The notes: generated from the letters alone by a model not told the origin. DNA of 64,000 bases from an uncultured Phycisphaerales bacterium (GCA_963755915.1 CAVWLP010000002.1:1-64000), one strand, 5' to 3'; counted from the stretch's first letter, positions 42,874-55,258 are shown. Numbers and translations are program-made.

Positions 42874-45214
42874 GTGAGCACTCGATTCTTTACGTCACGC
42901 TATTGTGCTTTGTTGTGCCTCTTGCTCATTCTGAGCTTCGTGTGTATTGGCACGCATGCTCAGGCCCAGTACAGCAACCTCCCCAAATCCACAATTGCTA
43001 GAACAATTGCAGACTTCAAGCAGGCGACACTCAACAAGATCGCAGTAGGCAAGGGCGTGACCATCAAGCGGATTGATGATAACACGCTCGAAGTGCGAAT
43101 AGCTCCCTTCAGCGAGCACCACAATCAGTGGCCGATGATTGCATTCGGGTCAAATTTCTTTGGGGAGCCAGTCAGTCTCGCTGAATTTTCACGTATCGGT
43201 TTCCGGTTAGAACAGCAATCTGAGGGAGTGCTTGCAGGGGAGGTCGGAATTACTACCTCGCCGGATGCAACCCGCGATGTTGATGAGCAGGAATTCATGG
43301 TCCCCGGCGACAGCACGACGACGATCAAACTGGGACTGAAGGCATTGAAGTTCAATGATTCCTCTGAAATCTCGGTAATTCAGATTGTCTTTCGCCCGCG
43401 CAAACGGAAACGGTGCTGCGACTTTCGGCTATCACCGGGGTGTATGATCCGGCCATCGGCTCGCCAGCGGATGATCTGCAAAACCGCGTGCAAGCTGCAA
43501 ACGCAATTTTTGCGAAGTTGAAAGAGACAAATGATTCGCCGCAACTAGCCGAGCTCGGCGAAAAGCTTGATGCGCTCAATGCGGAAGTGATGAGCGCACG
43601 TCAGACTCAGTTTCTCCGGTCGTTGCGAAGCCTGTCGAGGAAGACGGAAGAAGTTGAAGGACTGATTGGACGACTGAGGTTTGCATCCGGGCCGATCTGG
43701 GTTTGGCAGGCGGATCGGTACTCGCCGATCATCAGGAAAACCGGTCCGGGGCTTCAGGACGATGCGATGAAGCAGGTCTCGTTGTCGATGGCTGAAAATG
43801 AGTTCCGCGACATCGTGTTCTCCATAAGCGCACCGGAAAGTGATCTGTCGCTAACGCTGGCGGTAAATCCAACGGGCGAGAATAGCTTGCCCGGAAATGC
43901 CGTTGAAATTAGCGAAGTGGAATACCGCAATAACCGTCGGGGAGAACAAACCGGAGACGCGCTGCTGCTGGTGAATGGCCCGGTGGTAATTCCGCAGGGG
44001 GAAAGCAGGCAATTCTGGGTGCGCTTCAACACCCGCACGGCTGCCGTGGTGCCTGGCATATACGCGTTTGAACTGGAAATCAGCGATCCATCGCGTCAAT
44101 TGCGGATGGCTTATCCTGGTACTCTGGAGGTATGGAACTTCTCACTTCCCAGCTACGACGTGCTTCCGAATAACAGCTATGCTGAGTTTTCCTCATCCAG
44201 CAGTTTTTCCAGCGGCGAAGAATTCAAGCAGGCCGTTCAGGACATGAAGCTGTATGGTCTGAACCAGATCTTCGTGCATCCTGTCGAACTGCCCAGGCCA
44301 ACCGGGATCGACGAAAGGGGGAAAATCACCGGATATGACGATGCCGCGATCCGAACACGCATCACCGAGGCAATGGCGGCGTGGAAAGGTGCTCCCGGAG
44401 AAGAGACTCTTCACTTCATCTTTTCCTTATCCGGCTTCCAAGAACTCGGTCTTAAACGAGATGGATACGCATTTCCCAACGACCAATGGAAAGCAGTATT
44501 CGCACAATGGCTTGATCATCTCAAAGCGGTGATCTCGGAAGCGGGGCTTGGGTACGACCAGTGGATGCTGGTGCTTGGTGATGAAGCGGATGAGGCGGCT
44601 TTGATGCAGGTGGAAATCCCGCTGGCTGAAGTGATTAAGAGCCTTGATCCCTCGATCCGAATCACCTGCAACAGCAGCACGATATTAAACGATGAAAGGT
44701 GGACGAGGCGATACTTCGCTGCGTTTGACGTCTTTCAGCCATGCCTTTGGAGGGATGAGACACTTGCCTGGCTTCGAAAGAGCGGCAAGCCACTGTGGGT
44801 TTACCAGTGCGATTGCGATCTCGGTTTCTCAGGACGCGATCTCTATACCTATTACCGTGTCTATGGATGGGATCTTCTGGATAAGGGATTCACTGGAACT
44901 GGGCTTTGGACCTACTGGCGCAGGAGCCCTCCTCGTGGGACGAGCCCGGCCAAGGATGCCTGTTGATCTATCACCATCCGCAGCGAGGCTTGGTGCATTC
45001 ACCGCGGTATGAAATGTTTCGTGAAGGCGCAGATGACTTTCGGTATGTGCAGGCGCTGCGACTCGCTGCGGAAAAGAAGGGGCCCGACGCAGCCGCGCAT
45101 GCCGAGGCGTTGATTGCAGAAGCTGTAAAGGATGTGACAACCAACCGCCAGGACCGAAGCCGCTGCGAGACTTGGCGGATTCGCATCGCCAAGGAAATCC
45201 TCTCGATACAATAG
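42874..45214 (+). CDS. Exported glycoside-hydrolase-like protein with DUF4091-type C-terminus (frameshifts near 43410 and 44930)
   Basis: Signal peptide; GESRQFWV, LEVWNFSLP, GDE and SPRYEMFREGADDFRY. Confidence 0.7.
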
Positions 45215-45249
45215 ACAGCCTGAATACAGTCCATTTATTCGATCCATTT

Positions 45250-46908
45250 ATGAAACACAATGCGCGAGCCATCGTCTCCAAACTCACAAAGTCAGGCCGT
45301 ATTCCCCGCATCATTTACAACGACGACAGTGTCACGCTGCGTAACGCGCCGCCGCCACATACGCTCGAGTCGCTTGCGTGCGCGCTGGATTATCTGAAGG
45401 GAACGCAGGTGGACTGCTTTTGCTGGTGCGTGGGTACGCAGATAGCCTATTCCTGGCCATCCAAGGTGATGGAGAACGGCTACGAGATGCATGACAAGGG
45501 GATGGACCCTATGTCAGCCTGGGAGACCAAAGAGCGCGACGTCATGTACAGCCTTTATAAGAAAGGCATTGAATATCTGCCGCCGTTTATCGAGCGTGCG
45601 CACAGGCAGGGATTGATGTTTGTCCCCAGCTTTCGCATGAATGACACGCACGTGAAGTCTTATCCCAACAGTGTGCTGACGTCTGATTTCTGGAAGACAC
45701 ATCAGAATTACCGGATTTGGGACGCAACCGACGCCAAAGGCTATTACAACGCGGCGATGGATTATTCGTTTCCCGAGGTGCGGAATCGGTATCGCGATGC
45801 CATTCTGGAGGTCGCTGAGAATTACGATGTCGATGGCATCGAACTGGATTTTTCCCGCACGCCATACATCTTCCAGCCGTCAGAGGCATGGCAGAATCGA
45901 TCCATTCTTACTCGATTTGTTCGGGATGTCCGCGAAAGGCTTGAGCGTATTGGCACGCGTCGAAAGAAGCCGTTCGCTCTGGTTCTGCGAATTCCCAGCC
46001 GTGAGCGCGTGCTGAAAACGGCGGGAATCGATGCAGTTCAGTGGATCAAGGAGGGACTGCCGACGATCCTTGTAATCACCGAAATGCTGATCAATCTGAA
46101 CCAGCGTATTGAGCCGTGGCGCTCGTTATGTCGCGATGCAGGCGTCCTGCTATATCCATCAGTGGAAGGCGCCGTTTCGTACAATCGCGTGGAATTTTAC
46201 TCGACGCTTCTGCAAAGTCCGATTGCTCCCCGCCACGATGGTTGGGCTTTCGCGGGCACACGCGACGACGAGTTGCGCATGCAGCGTGCGGCAGCCCAAA
46301 ACTTTCTGGCACAGGATCCCGATGGCATCTACATGTTTAACTTTCCCTGCAGGCTCGCAGAGGGGAAAAACATCATGCACACGGATCCCGCTGAGTTTGC
46401 ACGTGTCACCGCAGTGTTGCGCGAGATGGGAAGCGAGAAGACCATCGCTCGCAAGCCGCGCTATTACACATTCTTCCAGGACCTTCCCATTTATGTCGAA
46501 GCGAACCGTCCGCGAAAGTTCCATCAGACCATTGAGTTTGACATTCGCGGGAAGGATCTTGCGCGCGCGAATGTGACATTGAGCTTTCGGCAGATCGCCG
46601 AGAAGAATCCTCATGCTGCCGAGAAGTTCCGACAGAATCCGATCGTCAAACCAGGCAGGTTGAAGTACTTCCTTAACGATCGTGAAATCTCTGAAGGCGA
46701 CTTCACGAGGAAGCGCGCGCCCGCGGGGCGAGTGCCATCGGGATTCACGCTTAAGGCGCACGAGAAACTTGAATTGCAATTCTCCGGCCGCCAGCTTCGA
46801 GATGGCATTAATACGCTTTCGTTCGAAATGCCGGGATATCCGCATGAACGCGATCCCTATGTTTTTATCTACGACCTTGAGGCCAAACTGACGTTTGACG
46901 ATCAGTGA
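45250..46908 (+). CDS. GHL10-like putative glycoside hydrolase
   Basis: IIYNDD, SFRMNDTH, DYSFPEVR, YDVDGIELDF and DGIYMFN. Confidence 0.75.
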   Translation: MKHNARAIVSKLTKSGRIPRIIYNDDSVTLRNAPPPHTLESLACALDYLKGTQVDCFCWCVGTQIAYSWPSKVMENGYEMHDKGMDPMSAWETKERDVMYSLYKKGIEYLPPFIERAHRQGLMFVPSFRMNDTHVKSYPNSVLTSDFWKTHQNYRIWDATDAKGYYNAAMDYSFPEVRNRYRDAILEVAENYDVDGIELDFSRTPYIFQPSEAWQNRSILTRFVRDVRERLERIGTRRKKPFALVLRIPSRERVLKTAGIDAVQWIKEGLPTILVITEMLINLNQRIEPWRSLCRDAGVLLYPSVEGAVSYNRVEFYSTLLQSPIAPRHDGWAFAGTRDDELRMQRAAAQNFLAQDPDGIYMFNFPCRLAEGKNIMHTDPAEFARVTAVLREMGSEKTIARKPRYYTFFQDLPIYVEANRPRKFHQTIEFDIRGKDLARANVTLSFRQIAEKNPHAAEKFRQNPIVKPGRLKYFLNDREISEGDFTRKRAPAGRVPSGFTLKAHEKLELQFSGRQLRDGINTLSFEMPGYPHERDPYVFIYDLEAKLTFDDQ

Positions 46909-46930
46909 AGACGCACAGGTGGTCAAGAAA

Positions 46931-48220
46931 ATGATTACCGCCCCCAATCGCCCAGCCGACGCAAACCTGGATGAGTCAAAGCCGCGCGCCCGCGTTCGTG
47001 CCCACAAACTCCGTGATATTCAACTGCACGGCTGGCATGAGAAGATCGTTGGGCGCTGGCACTATCGCGATCTGGCTGCCGACCCGGAGTGGTTCAACGG
47101 GTGGATTAGTTTTGACAGTCTCTGCTGGGACAATGAACGCACGACCCTTTTTTGCGGGCTCAATAGCCTCGATGGCGATTTGCTTTATCGCTTTGACCCT
47201 GGCACGGATCGATTTACAAGCTGCGGATCGCGGCGATGGGCTGACGCATTTGACAGCAAGATTCATCGCGGTCTGCTGAAGAATCCAAATGACGGCAAGC
47301 TGTACTTTGGCACAAGCCTTTTGCACGACGCCGATCAGCAGCACGAGGCGCCTGGCGGCAAGCTCGTTTCATATGACCCTGACAGTGAGTCGTTTGAAGT
47401 TCTTGGTATCCCCGAGCCTCACCTTTACATTCAGTCGATCGCTGCCGATTGGTCGCGCGGAATCCTTTACGCGTTCACATATCCTGCCGAGTTCGTGGTG
47501 CGGTTTGATCTCAGGACGCGAAAGGCTCGGCGGCTTGCCTACCTCGGCAATGCGATCAGTTTTGCCCAGCCGCACAACGCTGTGGTCGATCGCAACGGGA
47601 TGCTCTGGGGCACTTACGCCGAAACCCGCGCATGGGACGAAGTGCCGGGTCAACACCCGATCTGCCTCTTCAAATATGATCCAGACAGAGATCGCGTGAT
47701 TTGGTATCGGCATGGTCTTAGTCGCCGGTCCGACACTGCGCAGCTTGTTGCTGATCCAGTGCCGCGATTCATCGCGATACCAGACGCCAGCGTTACACGG
47801 CACAAGGAGGACTACGGTTTTTGCGACTCCATGGCATATGATGGCGGCCAGCACATCTATGCGGGAACCGTTGCCGGCGTGCTGTGCCGAATTGACATCG
47901 ATACTGCAACTGTTGATAAGGTTTCGCTGGTAAGCCCGTCTGGTCGCTTGCCAGCGCTGTCGATTCAAGACGGCGTACTTTACGCGGCTGGTGGCGTAAA
48001 GGGGCAGACGCAGGCGAGCCGGTGGAGGATCGGTTCAGCAACCGTCGAAGATCTCGGTGATTTAGTTGATTCGACTTCCGGTGATCGCCCCGCGCGAATC
48101 CACGACCTCGCGGTTGACGCAAACGGTTGTATCTATCTGGCCGAAAACGATCACCACGGCCGCTCCAGCTACCTCTGGTCGCTTGAACCGCTGCAACCGA
48201 AGACCAATAGCCATGAGTAA
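46931..48220 (+). CDS. Hypothetical beta-propeller protein
   Basis: Repeated DGKLYFGT / YDP / LWG blade motifs. Confidence 0.7.
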   Translation: MITAPNRPADANLDESKPRARVRAHKLRDIQLHGWHEKIVGRWHYRDLAADPEWFNGWISFDSLCWDNERTTLFCGLNSLDGDLLYRFDPGTDRFTSCGSRRWADAFDSKIHRGLLKNPNDGKLYFGTSLLHDADQQHEAPGGKLVSYDPDSESFEVLGIPEPHLYIQSIAADWSRGILYAFTYPAEFVVRFDLRTRKARRLAYLGNAISFAQPHNAVVDRNGMLWGTYAETRAWDEVPGQHPICLFKYDPDRDRVIWYRHGLSRRSDTAQLVADPVPRFIAIPDASVTRHKEDYGFCDSMAYDGGQHIYAGTVAGVLCRIDIDTATVDKVSLVSPSGRLPALSIQDGVLYAAGGVKGQTQASRWRIGSATVEDLGDLVDSTSGDRPARIHDLAVDANGCIYLAENDHHGRSSYLWSLEPLQPKTNSHE

Positions 48221-50093
48221 GTCTTTCAGTCCAGATCAAAGCGCAGCACTGTGGGCAGCGACGTTACAGCGGCAGACGCTGAATGGTGGTGCGGATGACA
48301 ATGTCCGCGCGTACTTACGCACAATGTTTTTGCCGTTTACGGCACCAGATGACGCGCGCGCATGGCAGGAGGAGATTCCGCGACTTCGCCAGCGGGCACT
48401 GGATGAGATTTATCTTCGAGGTTTTTCAGAAGAACTAATCAACGCGCCCCTACGCGTAGTCTGGGGAGAAACACTTCAGCCCGATTCAAGTTATCGCATT
48501 CGCAAGCTGCGATACGAGATCTATCCTAATTATTGGATCCCATCACTACTTTACGAACCGGCGAACCTGACTCGATCCGTGCCGGTGATGCTAAATCCCA
48601 ACGGACACCATTGGGGTGGCAAGGCCGTCACGTATAAGCAAGCTCGTTGCGTGAATCTCGCGCGACGCGATGTGATAGCACTCAACATGGAATTCATCGG
48701 AATGGGTGAGCTCCAAGCCGATGTCCATCACGACAACATTGCACATGTCAACTTGACCGGTCTTGCAGGTGTGGGCTTGTTCTACCTGGCACTGAAAAAA
48801 GCGATTGACTTGGCACTTAGTCATCCGTTTGTGGATCCAACCCGTGTCGGCATCACCGGACTATCAGGCGGAGGATGGCAGACGATTATCCTTGCGGCAC
48901 TGGATGAACGCATCACGCTTGCGGCTCCGGTTTCCGGCTATACGACTGTTTCATCACGGATTGATGTCATCAATGATATTGGTGACCTTGAACAAGCACC
49001 GCCGGATATGACCACTGTGCTCGACTACTCGCACCTGACAGCAATGTGTGCGCCGCGACCGTTTCTCAGCGTACTGAATGAGTACGACGACATATTCCGC
49101 ACTGACCGCACGCGTTTTGCGATTTATGATTCTATCAAGCCGACATATCAGGCGTTCCAAGCCGAAGCGCAGTTCGAGTTTTATAGTAGTCGTGATCCCG
49201 GCACGCATTGCTATGACGCGGATATCCGTCGCCGGCTTTACGAGTTTCTTGCCAAGCACTGGGATGTGAAGGGCTCCTTGCGGGATGTCCATCGCGAAGA
49301 TGAAATTCTGCCTGAATCATTGTTGAATGTCGGATTGCCGGCTGAGCAGACGAACTTGCTGGAGATTGCGCGGAGTCGCGCCAGGAAATTGGCAGTCAGG
49401 CGGGAATCTCCTCGGACAGCCGCAGATCGACAAGCGTTGCGCGAGCGTATTGCGCAAGCGATTCGGTTGCCTCAGTTTGATGTCGCTCAGTTGCTGCAGC
49501 ATCAGCACAAAGATTTTGTAGGAAGCGAAATCTTGCATATCGGGCCCTTCGAAGTGCCGTTTTCCTGGAAATGTGAATCTGCGGAAGCAGCGGCAACGCT
49601 GATTATCGACGACGCCGGGCGTGCCGGGCATCAGCCTGATGCAAAACCTTGTTTGACGTGTCTCGTTCCCTATCCAGCAAACGCATTTATTCCCGACATT
49701 CTCGGTTTCGGTGAGAATCGAGCCAATGATCGCTTGCTGATGGTTATTGAGACGGTTGGCCAGCGGCTGCTAGGTATACAGGTTGCACAGATTCATGCCT
49801 GTGCGGAACGAGCTCGACAGTTGACGGGAGCATTGCGAATACAGCTTGCGTCAGTTGGTCCCGCTTCCTCGTTGGCGTCCCTCATTGCCGCCGGACTCCG
49901 TCCTGACCTATTTGAGTCACTTAATGTCATGCTGGGACTGACGACTATCTCCCATCTGAGTGAGTGGGGTGAGCGATGGGAACGTTTTCCGTCGATGTTC
50001 TGCTTCGGGCTACTTGAAGTATGCGACGTGCCACAGTTGGCCTTACTGCTGGAAAATGTGCGGGATGTTCAGGCATTCAGGCACGTAAAATGA
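48213..50093 (+). CDS. Acetylxylan esterase-like alpha/beta hydrolase
   Basis: PNGH and VDPTRVGITGLSGGGWQT nucleophile elbow. Confidence 0.8.
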   Translation: MSKSFSPDQSAALWAATLQRQTLNGGADDNVRAYLRTMFLPFTAPDDARAWQEEIPRLRQRALDEIYLRGFSEELINAPLRVVWGETLQPDSSYRIRKLRYEIYPNYWIPSLLYEPANLTRSVPVMLNPNGHHWGGKAVTYKQARCVNLARRDVIALNMEFIGMGELQADVHHDNIAHVNLTGLAGVGLFYLALKKAIDLALSHPFVDPTRVGITGLSGGGWQTIILAALDERITLAAPVSGYTTVSSRIDVINDIGDLEQAPPDMTTVLDYSHLTAMCAPRPFLSVLNEYDDIFRTDRTRFAIYDSIKPTYQAFQAEAQFEFYSSRDPGTHCYDADIRRRLYEFLAKHWDVKGSLRDVHREDEILPESLLNVGLPAEQTNLLEIARSRARKLAVRRESPRTAADRQALRERIAQAIRLPQFDVAQLLQHQHKDFVGSEILHIGPFEVPFSWKCESAEAAATLIIDDAGRAGHQPDAKPCLTCLVPYPANAFIPDILGFGENRANDRLLMVIETVGQRLLGIQVAQIHACAERARQLTGALRIQLASVGPASSLASLIAAGLRPDLFESLNVMLGLTTISHLSEWGERWERFPSMFCFGLLEVCDVPQLALLLENVRDVQAFRHVK

Positions 50094-50433
50094 TCCTCGG
50101 AGCCAACATTCCTCCTTTCGAATATCAGGGTAAGACTGCCTGCCGGGTACTTGTCTGGACAAACGATGGTGGAAAGACTCAAGTTATATCCCATCTATCT
50201 CGGTATACACCCCTCGGTCGTCAGAGACTTCTCGAACAAAGGCGAAAGAACGCGACTCCAGATGGCGATGTTGTTACTGCTTTGAATGAGTCAGTAGCCA
50301 AGCGCTCCGGAGAACCCGATACCGCCTGGACTCGATCATCTGACCCAAGATTTCGGGCGGTCACTGCTGCACGTCGCAATTCGTCAGCGTGGACTTATTC
50401 AATAACCATTTACTCACCAGAGACAACTTCATC

Positions 50434-51738
50434 ATGAACAATAACGCCATTTATCAGCGGGCCAAGACCCTCATCCCCGGCGGAACGCACCTATTGGGCA
50501 AGCGTCCTGAAATGTACGCTCCCGACCAGTGGCCACCCTATTACAAGTCAGCAAGTGGCTGCCAAGTAATTGACCTGGATGATCGCCGCTACCTGGACTT
50601 TGCGACGGTTGGCATCGGCTCCTGTCTGTTGGGTTTTGCGCATCCGGCCGTTACCGCAGCGGTTGTCGAACGGGTCAAGACCGGATCAATGTCTTCGCTG
50701 AACTGCCCCGAAGAAGTCGAACTGGCGGAGATGCTGATCGCCATGCATCCCTGGGCCCAGCAGATGCGCATGCGCGCACCGGCGGTGAGGCCATGGCAGT
50801 GGCGGTTCGTATCCTGCGCAGCCACGAGGCGCGATGTAATCGCATTCTGCGGCTATCATGGCTGGTCCGATTGGTACCTCGCCGCGAACCTCAACGCTGA
50901 CAGCGCGTTGGACGGCCACCTCTTGCCAGGACTTAGCCCGGCCGGCGTACCCCGCGGCCTCCGTGATACCGCGCTGCCTTTCACCTACAACAAAATCGAA
51001 GAACTTCAACGCATCGTCGACGCGTACGGCGAGCGACTGGCCGCCGTCGTCATGGAACCGACGAGAATCCTATCGCCGCAACCGGGATTTCTTGAAGCGG
51101 TTAGCGATCTCTGTCGTCGCTGTGGCGCACGACTGGCCTTCGATGAAATAACGACCGGATTCCGGCTTCACCGGGGCGGGGTTCACATGAAGTACGGCAT
51201 CGAGCCTGACATGGCGATTTTTGCCAAGGCGCTGGGCAATGGACACCCGATCGCCGCGATCATCGGCAAAGAGCCAACCATGCGGGCCGTCCAAGATACA
51301 TTTATGACCAGTACCTACTGGACTGAGGGCGTCGGCCCCACGGCCGCCATCGCAACATTGCGGCAGATGAACCAGGTCGATCTGCCGTCACACCTTGCAC
51401 ACATCGGCAGTAGGTTCCGCGAAGGTTTGACCCGACTCGCAAGCAAATATGGCGTCGCGCTGAGTCTCACCGGGCACGCGGCTTTGACCTATCTCAACTT
51501 TGACCATCCGCAGTCCGATGCGCTCATGACGTTGTATACCGTGCGAATGCTGCACAAAGGTTTCCTCACCGGCGCACAGTTCTACCCGACGCTCGCGCAT
51601 CAATCGCATCACGTCGATGAATACCTTACGGCCGCCGATGCCGTCGTCTCCGAATTGGCCAATGCGGTTAAAAAGGACGATATAGCCGAACGTATCGGCG
51701 GGCCAATCAAACATCGCGGTTTCACACGTCTGGCGTGA
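50434..51738 (+). CDS. Class-III PLP aminotransferase (GSA-aminomutase-like)
   Basis: GYHGW, FDEITTGFR and FAKALGNG; a short locally frameshifted stretch near 50770-50815. Confidence 0.9.
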   Translation: MNNNAIYQRAKTLIPGGTHLLGKRPEMYAPDQWPPYYKSASGCQVIDLDDRRYLDFATVGIGSCLLGFAHPAVTAAVVERVKTGSMSSLNCPEEVELAEMLIAMHPWAQQMRMRAPAVRPWQWRFVSCAATRRDVIAFCGYHGWSDWYLAANLNADSALDGHLLPGLSPAGVPRGLRDTALPFTYNKIEELQRIVDAYGERLAAVVMEPTRILSPQPGFLEAVSDLCRRCGARLAFDEITTGFRLHRGGVHMKYGIEPDMAIFAKALGNGHPIAAIIGKEPTMRAVQDTFMTSTYWTEGVGPTAAIATLRQMNQVDLPSHLAHIGSRFREGLTRLASKYGVALSLTGHAALTYLNFDHPQSDALMTLYTVRMLHKGFLTGAQFYPTLAHQSHHVDEYLTAADAVVSELANAVKKDDIAERIGGPIKHRGFTRLA

Positions 51739-51786
51739 CGCGTTGCAAAAACACCTGCACGAATATCTCGAAAACAGGGAGCTTTC

Positions 51787-52836
51787 ATGGTTGCTAAAAA
51801 CCTCCGAGTGCTGCAAATCGGAGCAGGATCAATGGGCAAACGCCGGCTGCGCGATCTCAAGGATCGCCAAGATGTCGATCTGGCGCTGTTGGATACTCGC
51901 GCCGACCGCCGCCAACAAGCTCATTTGTTGAATTCGAAGCTCGCTATCTTTTCCGATCTTGATGAAGCGCTGCGCTGGGAACCGGACGCGATGATAATTT
52001 CCACGCCACCGCAGTCACATGCTGAATACGTGCAGTTGGCATTGCGGCGAGGGCTGCACCATTTCTGCGAAGCGAATATCTGGACAATCGATCCGGAACT
52101 GGTTCAACAGCAATCCGAACCCAAATCGCTAGTTAGCGCACCGTCATCTTCGCTCTGCTTTTTGCCTGCGGTTGAGGAATTAGCGCGACTGGTGAGGGAA
52201 GAATTGGGTCATTTGCACGGATACCAAATGGCGTTGAACACGTACATGCCGGAATGGCACCCGGGGGAAGGCCCGGAGTACTACGCGCGTCATCGTAACA
52301 CCGCCGCTGGGCGGGAAATGGTCCCGTTTGAATTACTATGGCTTAATCAGGTATTCGGCTTCCCGCAGGAGGTGACGGGGCTGGTCACGAGGGGCGGCAG
52401 ATTACCGGGTCTTGTGGAAGACACCTGGTCCTTAGAGATGCGACTCGAGAGCGGAGTTGCCGGACAACTTATGGTGCTTATGGATTGTCCCGGCTCGCTT
52501 CGGCAAGGTTGGTGCTTTGGCGATGCGGGACAGATAATTTTCGATTTGAATTCGGGAGAAATCCGCCGCGAATTTCGCAAGGGCGCGCGCGACAGCAGAA
52601 ACTTCGGCTCAATTAGCGATGTGCTGGAAGCCATGTACCGTCGTGAAATTAATACATTCATCGAAGCGATACATCACCGCATATCCTGGCCTCTGAGCTA
52701 TCATGCGTCGGCACAGGCCACCGCCACGCTGGCCGCCGCTGAAAGCAGCTCTGAATCAGGCAGCCGTGTGCGCGTGGACGTCGCAGTGCAGCCGAAGGTC
52801 CACTCCGACTCATATCAAAGTCCAACCCCCTCCTGA
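51787..52836 (+). CDS. Gfo/Idh/MocA-family oxidoreductase
   Basis: IGAGSMGKR, ISTPPQSH and YMPEWHP. Confidence 0.85.
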   Translation: MVAKNLRVLQIGAGSMGKRRLRDLKDRQDVDLALLDTRADRRQQAHLLNSKLAIFSDLDEALRWEPDAMIISTPPQSHAEYVQLALRRGLHHFCEANIWTIDPELVQQQSEPKSLVSAPSSSLCFLPAVEELARLVREELGHLHGYQMALNTYMPEWHPGEGPEYYARHRNTAAGREMVPFELLWLNQVFGFPQEVTGLVTRGGRLPGLVEDTWSLEMRLESGVAGQLMVLMDCPGSLRQGWCFGDAGQIIFDLNSGEIRREFRKGARDSRNFGSISDVLEAMYRREINTFIEAIHHRISWPLSYHASAQATATLAAAESSSESGSRVRVDVAVQPKVHSDSYQSPTPS

Positions 52837-52837
52837 A

Positions 52838-53445
52838 ATGCCATCCGCCCTTGTCGTTATTCTTCGACGGTTCTTGCTTGCAGGGATGGTCGTTGTTACC
52901 CCCTCTTGTGCGTCGTATTCTCGGCCAAGTGAACAGCCCATGCCGCGGGTGAACGTCATCTTCGGTGATTCGACGAGTGCGCAGCGCCCAAATGTGCGGG
53001 TATTTTCCTCAATCCTGCAGAATCGTTTGCGTTCGGCCAGGATTATCAATGCCGGCGCGTCCGGAAACACCACCCGAGATGCGTTGTGCGCTTGAATCGC
53101 GATGTAATCTCCCGGCACCCGGACATCGTAACGATCTTTTTCGGAATTAACGATTCATCAGTTGATGTCTGGATGGGCGCAACGAAGCCACGGGTGTCGC
53201 TAAGGGAATAGCAGCGAAACTTGCGCAGCATGATAGCCGTCGTCCGCGCGGCAGGCGCGATTCCGATTTTGCTCACGCCGAACCCGGTTGCGTGGACGCC
53301 CGAGCTTCGCAAGCTTTATGATCGCCCGCCGTATGAGCCTGAAGAACCCAATGGATGGAATGTCTTGCCAAGACGCTATTGCGACGCCGTTCGGCAAACC
53401 GCCGCTGACGCGTGCCCTGAAATGCCCCAGCCGCTGTCAGGCTAA
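52838..53445 (+). pseudogene. SGNH/GDSL hydrolase, disrupted and truncated
   Basis: FGDSTS, NAGASGNTT and FGIND blocks; frameshift near 53090, TAG at 53209, no DxxH. Confidence 0.75.
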
Positions 53446-53546
53446 CCGGCGGTAGCATGATTCTCGAATAACCATCACCAACGGTGTAGTTAGCGGTTGA
53501 GATAAGGTTTGCCCGACATGCAAAAATATGAGAGGAGATTTTGAGC

Positions 53547-55109
53547 ATGGCCGATAAGCCGGATTACGACGCGATCATTATCGGGGCCGGGCACAATGGG
53601 CTGGTCGCGTCCTTTTATCTCGCACGGGCCGGGCTGCGCGTGCTGGTAGTTGAATCGCGCAAGATCGTGGGTGGCTGCTGCGTCACCGAGGAACTGATAC
53701 CCGGATTTCGTTTTTCCACCTGTGCCAACGTCCTCTGGCGCTGCGGCCTAAGATCGTGCGCGACATGGCGCTGCACGAACGGGGGTTTATCGTGGACGAG
53801 CGGCAGTTTCTCCGCCTGTTCCCGGGTGGCCGCTATATGTTCACCGAGCGGATCACGCCGGGAGAGAGCATGGCGGCGGTGCAAAAGGAGATTGCAAAAA
53901 TCTCAGCGGCCGACGCGGCGGCATATACCCGCTGGGCGGAGTTTCAGTCCCGTTTGATTCGGATCCTGGGTCCCTATCTGTTGCAGCCTCCGCCCCGGTT
54001 GGAGGAGATTTTGGCCCGCTGCGAAGACCCGGAGGACAAGCAAGCGCTATCCGCCGCGATCAACACATCGATTGCCGGCCTGACGGACAGTTTCTTCGAA
54101 TCGGAGGCCATGCGCGATGTCAGCGTCGGGGCTGATATTCCTGACTGCCAGGACGTCGGGACCGGCCTACTTTTCGCGCTAATTGCCGCAATGGGCTCGT
54201 ACACTGAGACCGGCGCCAAAGTGCTGAATGGATTCGTCCGGGGCGGGATGGGACGGCTGACCGAACTGATGGGCGAGGCGGCAAGAGAGGCGGGCGCGAC
54301 TATCCTAACGGAGAACCCAGTCGCACGGGTCCTAACGTCGGCGGGAAAGGCGATCGGGGTGGCGTTGCGGTCGGGAGAGGCGATTCGGGCCCGGATTGTA
54401 GTTTCGAACCTCGACCCTAAGCGCACCTTTTTGTCGCTATTGGCCGATGCCGACCTGAATTCAAATTTTGTCGCGAGGGTCCGCGGATTGCAAACCAGCG
54501 CGGCCGCTGGACTGAAATTCCATGGCGCATTGTCGGAAATACCCGATTACCGCGTTGACGGCCATTTGACCACGGAGCAGCGCCGGGAGGCCACTCTTAT
54601 CCTCGCGCCAGCCGGGACTATCGGAGAGCGGCCTGGCGGGCCGCCGAACGCGGAGACCTGCCGGAAGAACCGGTTCTCGGCGGCATGCTGCCAAGCGTCT
54701 ACGATCCCACTCTGGCCCCCCCTGGAAAGTACACCTGGTCGGCTTATTTGACCTGGGCTCCGATCCGGCCCCGGCACGGCACTTGGTCGGAATTGAAAAA
54801 GGAGATGGGAGAGCGGGTGATCCGCCTGATGGAACAATATACCACCAATTTTCGCCGCTCATTGATCGATTATGTGGTGCTGACTCCCGAGGATATGGAG
54901 GAACGCTACGGTTTGACCGACGGCAATATTCACCATGTGGATGCGAGCGCCTCACAAATGTTTTGGCGGCGGCCCCTGGAAGAACTGGCGCATTACCGAA
55001 CGCCGGTTCAAAATTTGTATCTTTCCGGTGCGGGAACCCATCCGTGGGGCGAAGTGTGCGGGTGCCGGGCCACAACGCGGCACATGTGATCCTATCGGAT
55101 CTGGGTTAA
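53547..55109 (+). CDS. Phytoene-dehydrogenase-like FAD oxidoreductase (frameshifted)
   Basis: IIGAGHNGLV, VRGGMG, DPTLAPPG, GNIHH and YRTPVQNLYLSGAGTHP. Confidence 0.85.
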
Positions 55110-55258
55110 TGCTCTGCACGGTGGCGGGCCACATACGTAACGGACACGTCTTTGATTCCGCGATCGCGACAATAGGCTGCCACGGTCAGTCCGCCGGGCC
55201 GTTGTTCGTCAATGATGTGTCGCCAAGCTTCGGCACCCGGAAGTTGCAATTTGTTCAT
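55106..55258 (-). pseudogene. IS66 TnpA-like remnant
   Basis: Manual translation MNKLQLPGAEAWRHIIDEQRPGGLTVAAYCRDRGI resembles the W..I....SGL....FCR..GI pattern. Confidence 0.55.

Noticed and set aside
50434-51738. hemL tetrapyrrole gene
   Set aside because: The neighbouring Gfo/Idh/MocA gene and absence of hem genes favour a sugar or amine aminotransferase.
53209-53211. TAG recoding (also at 27591)
   Set aside because: Both genes are otherwise truncated, and TAG is a normal stop elsewhere in the window.
53547-55109. Carotenoid biosynthesis (crtI)
   Set aside because: No crtB or crtE nearby, and this FAD family is broad.
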